A stretch of 27,153 bases of DNA from a virus (lineage: Duplodnaviria > Caudoviricetes), in the IMG/VR virus record IMGVR_UViG_3300027518_000028, positions 1 to 27,153 of that record. One strand, given 5' to 3'. The notes below the pieces were generated by a model. The model had not been told where the DNA came from. It ran no database searches and worked only from the letters and a program-made list of their open reading frames with translations. The position numbers and the translations under genes are program-made. Position 1 is the stretch's first letter. Each line of letters opens with the position of its first letter. Shown in pieces: positions 24,190 to 27,153 of the stretch.

Positions 24190-25851
24190 CTAACGTATAC
24201 GGCGCGGTATAAAAGTAGATCGTGTGGCCTCACCTTTAGAGAGGGCTATGAGCCGTGCCTGGTAAGCCAACAAGCCACTTATAGCCGCGTCGATTTTGTC
24301 CCGACTCTCGGGGTGTGATTTTGCAATAGTGATACCTGAACGCCCGATACGGCGTCGAGCGTTTAAAACGTGTCGTGTGAGGGCGAGCGAGCCGTCGTGT
24401 GTTAGCTCTTTGTCCATTACAGCGGTACTAAATTGCTCGACAGCTCTCACAACAAGATAAGACCTGTTACCGGTAAGCCACCACGCGATCGGGTTAGACT
24501 GGCTCGCCCTAGCCTTAAGTTTCTTACCGTAGGCGGCTTCCCACTTAGCTATATAGCTCTCCCAGCGAGCTGGGTCGGCAAACATACCTACGACGTTGTA
24601 GGTCTCAAAAGCCTTTTCGACCTCGTAGTCGACCTCGTCGACCGGCACAGCCCAGTCGTCACCGGCCGGCCCGTTAGGTTGCTCCCACACTTTAATCTCG
24701 AATAGGTGACCGTCGGATACGCGACAACCGACAAGAGCGGTAGCGTCCGTGACACCTCGAGCGCGTTTACGTGAACCGTCAAAGCCTAGAGTCACCTCTT
24801 CCCCAGGCTTTACAGCTTTATCGGCGTAACAACTATTCCACTCTGGCGCGGTTATCCAAGCGTCTCGTGCGCTAGTCGGCTGATTAAAGTAGTAGCGTCT
24901 CGAGTCCGACGGGTCGTTACGAGGATCGTAAATTTCCGACACAATCCGGTCGACGTCCATAATCTGCGCAAACGGCCCATAAGCCTCTGCAATACCGGCG
25001 CGTACCTGGTCCTCGTCTATAAGGTCTATGTCCGCGTCGGCCTCGCGGTGGTCAAAGAGTAGACGCTGCCGTTTAGTCTTACCCTCGTTAATCATTTTGG
25101 CGAGCTCGTGTGTTTCCTCGGCCACCGATTTCTCGCCAGGCAAGTACATAGTGGACGTTTCGAGCGACCACGGCTCAGCGATCTTACGTTTCGCGAGGTT
25201 ACGGCGCACCGTCTGGTACATACGCTTTAGCTCTGGCCGGTTATAGAGGTGCGTCTCGTCAAAGACCACCATAGTTTCTTTACCGCCGTCTTTAGAGCTG
25301 TTGCTCGCAGTCGACGGGATAATCTCCCCACCGCCAGGCAAAAAAATACGGGTAAGACCAGCCGCGTCACGAGGCAACCCCTCGCCCAGTGGGCCCTCGG
25401 TTAAGTTGTAATGCACGTTGTCGTACGTGTTACCGGCCTGGCCCTCTTCAGTCGCCAAACAACGTATAACGGGTGCCACAACGTTACGACCGACCGGCTC
25501 GCCCTCGGCGAACTCATAAACGGTGCTGTCGAACTCGTAAGCCTCGCCAGCCTTAGCCCAGTGGCTAAACCGTGCCGGCCCCATAGCCTCAAACAACACA
25601 ATAAAACCGGCGAGCTCCGACTTAGCGCGGCCCTTAGCACGCGACAAAAACGCCGAGTCGTAAAGCCTCTTACCGTTGTCGTCCAAAGCGTAACAGTCCA
25701 CAACAAACGCAGTAAACTCGTCGTCGAGTTGCACTAGTTGGCCTTGCACGTCGCCTGGACCGTGTACACAAAAATTTTCTATCCACCAAACCGCAAGCCA
25801 CCCCAGCGAGCGAGTGCGATCGTGTTGGTCTGCGCGAACTAGCTCACGCAT
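24190..25851 (-). CDS. terL: Terminase large subunit
   Basis: RAKGRAKSE Walker A variant, VVFDETH Walker B, LGFDGS and D.TAL nuclease motifs, KIDAA. Confidence 0.95.
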   Translation of the reverse strand: MRELVRADQHDRTRSLGWLAVWWIENFCVHGPGDVQGQLVQLDDEFTAFVVDCYALDDNGKRLYDSAFLSRAKGRAKSELAGFIVLFEAMGPARFSHWAKAGEAYEFDSTVYEFAEGEPVGRNVVAPVIRCLATEEGQAGNTYDNVHYNLTEGPLGEGLPRDAAGLTRIFLPGGGEIIPSTASNSSKDGGKETMVVFDETHLYNRPELKRMYQTVRRNLAKRKIAEPWSLETSTMYLPGEKSVAEETHELAKMINEGKTKRQRLLFDHREADADIDLIDEDQVRAGIAEAYGPFAQIMDVDRIVSEIYDPRNDPSDSRRYYFNQPTSARDAWITAPEWNSCYADKAVKPGEEVTLGFDGSRKRARGVTDATALVGCRVSDGHLFEIKVWEQPNGPAGDDWAVPVDEVDYEVEKAFETYNVVGMFADPARWESYIAKWEAAYGKKLKARASQSNPIAWWLTGNRSYLVVRAVEQFSTAVMDKELTHDGSLALTRHVLNARRRIGRSGITIAKSHPESRDKIDAAISGLLAYQARLIALSKGEATRSTFIPRRIR

Positions 25852-26302
25852 TTATGAGCCGTGACCTACGCTCGTCGAGATCGTCGACGGGCGCAAGAAT
25901 AACCGACTCAGTCTCGAGCTCTGCATAACGTATGCGCAAGTCTCTACGAGCGTCCAACGTCGTACCTAGTATTTTCTCGCGCTGCCTAAGCTCTGACATA
26001 GCAGAAACAACACCCGTAACCGCTTGCGCGTGAATAAGCGCAGTGTCAAGACAAAACGCCCAGTCAGACGGCGACCATAAAGCGCAGTGAGGCATAGTCG
26101 AAACAGACGCCCACCACGTCACCGTTTGCTCTGGAATAGGGTACACAGAGACGTCGCCGGCCTTGTTCATAATTTCGCGCACCTCTGGTAGTGCCGGCTT
26201 AGCACCGGCATAAGGCACGTTAGGCACCTCGGTCCAGTCCACCGTAGGCTTGTGCCTAGTGACTGTCGGGCGCTCACTGGGTTTACGTCCAGCCATAACC
26301 AT
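25844..26302 (-). CDS. terS: Terminase small subunit
   Basis: WW......P....W..SDW...LDTA.IH...ELRQREK.LG.T...R..LRI; directly upstream of terL. Confidence 0.85.
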   Translation of the reverse strand: MVMAGRKPSERPTVTRHKPTVDWTEVPNVPYAGAKPALPEVREIMNKAGDVSVYPIPEQTVTWWASVSTMPHCALWSPSDWAFCLDTALIHAQAVTGVVSAMSELRQREKILGTTLDARRDLRIRYAELETESVILAPVDDLDERRSRLINA

Positions 26303-26335
26303 AGTGTTACCTCGTCTCGAGCATAACGGCGTCTC

Positions 26336-26950
26336 TCACGCCAATTTAGAAACCGCAAACTCGAAGTAAAGTACGCCGAGCTTGCCTGCGCGGTACGGAT
26401 CGCCCGTAACCGTAATAAACCTGCCAGCCGGATACGCCTCAACTTTGAGACCGCCCAGCTTAAACCGTCTGCCCTTATCTAGAGGACTGTAACCCCACAC
26501 GTGTAGGCCACGCCCAGACGGCGAAAATTCTGTATACGACGGGCCCAATAACTCTAAAAACGCTTGCGCTTCGTCGTCGACAACCCCGTCGGTAACACAG
26601 TCGTCCAAGTCAATACACACAATACCGTCGCCATTAAGCACGAAACCGTAACCGTCGCCGGCCTCACAGTCGCGCACCTCGCTGTAAGAAACCCACGCCT
26701 GCGTATCGTGAACCGATATAGTCCAGCCGCCAATAGCGATAGGTCGTTTCTCGCGGTGTCGCACCCAGCGGCGCAACGATCGCAACTCGTCGGGGATAGG
26801 GTCGAGTTTCGCCTGCAACTCTGCAAGTAACCCAGGCGACCGTTTCAGCTCTCTATGAGCTCGCACCCTACAGTTAGTGCCACAGTAGGACGGCTTACGC
26901 CCACGCTTAGGCTCGATTAGGTCAACACCACACACTACGCAATTAGTCAT
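26336..26950 (-). CDS. Zn-finger plus AEP primase-polymerase catalytic domain (no helicase)
   Basis: N-terminal CVVC...YCGTNCR; GFVL..DGIVCIDLDDC, YTEFSPSGRGLHVW, VEAY...RFITVTG. Confidence 0.8.
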   Translation of the reverse strand: MTNCVVCGVDLIEPKRGRKPSYCGTNCRVRAHRELKRSPGLLAELQAKLDPIPDELRSLRRWVRHREKRPIAIGGWTISVHDTQAWVSYSEVRDCEAGDGYGFVLNGDGIVCIDLDDCVTDGVVDDEAQAFLELLGPSYTEFSPSGRGLHVWGYSPLDKGRRFKLGGLKVEAYPAGRFITVTGDPYRAGKLGVLYFEFAVSKLA

Positions 26951-26956
26951 AGCACG

Positions 26957-26985
26957 ACATTACCACGTGTAACGATAAACGGCAA
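26957..26985 (-). promoter_or_regulatory. Putative leaderless promoter TTGCCG-N17-(TG.)TAATGT, 6 nt before the ATG
   Basis: No RBS before ATG 26950; the spacing fits leaderless transcription, which is common in Actinobacteria. Confidence 0.55.
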
Positions 26986-27153
26986 AGACCTATTTAGCGC
27001 CAGTCTCAGCGGTCGAACTGTATAAAAGCCTCGGTACTTGTACCTATCCTTGTACGCCTTTTATCCAGGCGCACAGCCTCGCCCAGAGGGTAAAGGCTCG
27101 AGTATTGCACGCACAGCGAACTACAGCACCTCTCCGGCCCTGGCGTGGGGGGG

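Noticed and set aside
60-26830. All plus-strand ORFs in the track (e.g. 15953-16708, 11545-11961, 8101-8529)
   Set aside because: They are antisense shadows of well-supported, tightly coupled minus-strand genes and show no recognisable motifs

Overview
The window looks like a near-complete (~27.2 kb) siphovirus-type actinobacteriophage genome with every credible gene on the minus strand. Reading from 27153 toward 1, the order is: Zn-finger/primase-polymerase, small and large terminase, portal, MuF-like/maturation protein, scaffold, major capsid, head-tail connectors, major tail, frameshifting tail chaperones, tape measure, minor tail and Gly-rich fibre genes, an M23 endolysin/holin cassette and a strong terminator. 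An early region follows with WhiB, a wHTH protein, YqaJ exonuclease plus a putative annealing protein, a Hjc-like resolvase, HNH, an iteron-containing initiator, a truncated C5 methyltransferase, SSB, a DnaQ-like exonuclease and a terminal HNH. I found no integrase, repressor or DNA polymerase. WhiB, the LexA box type and the gene content point to an actinobacterial host. The best leads are: (1) a 78-nt RNA gene shaped like the tRNA-like domain of tmRNA (G3-U alanine acceptor stem) with no mRNA-like domain; (2) an unannotated 25-aa peptide ending in CDSCQ, like a free ribonucleotide reductase C-terminal redox tail; (3) a perfect actinobacterial LexA box on an internal promoter; (4) near-total genome-wide absence of GATG/CATC. 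All calls come from manual reading and family recognition; no searches were run.
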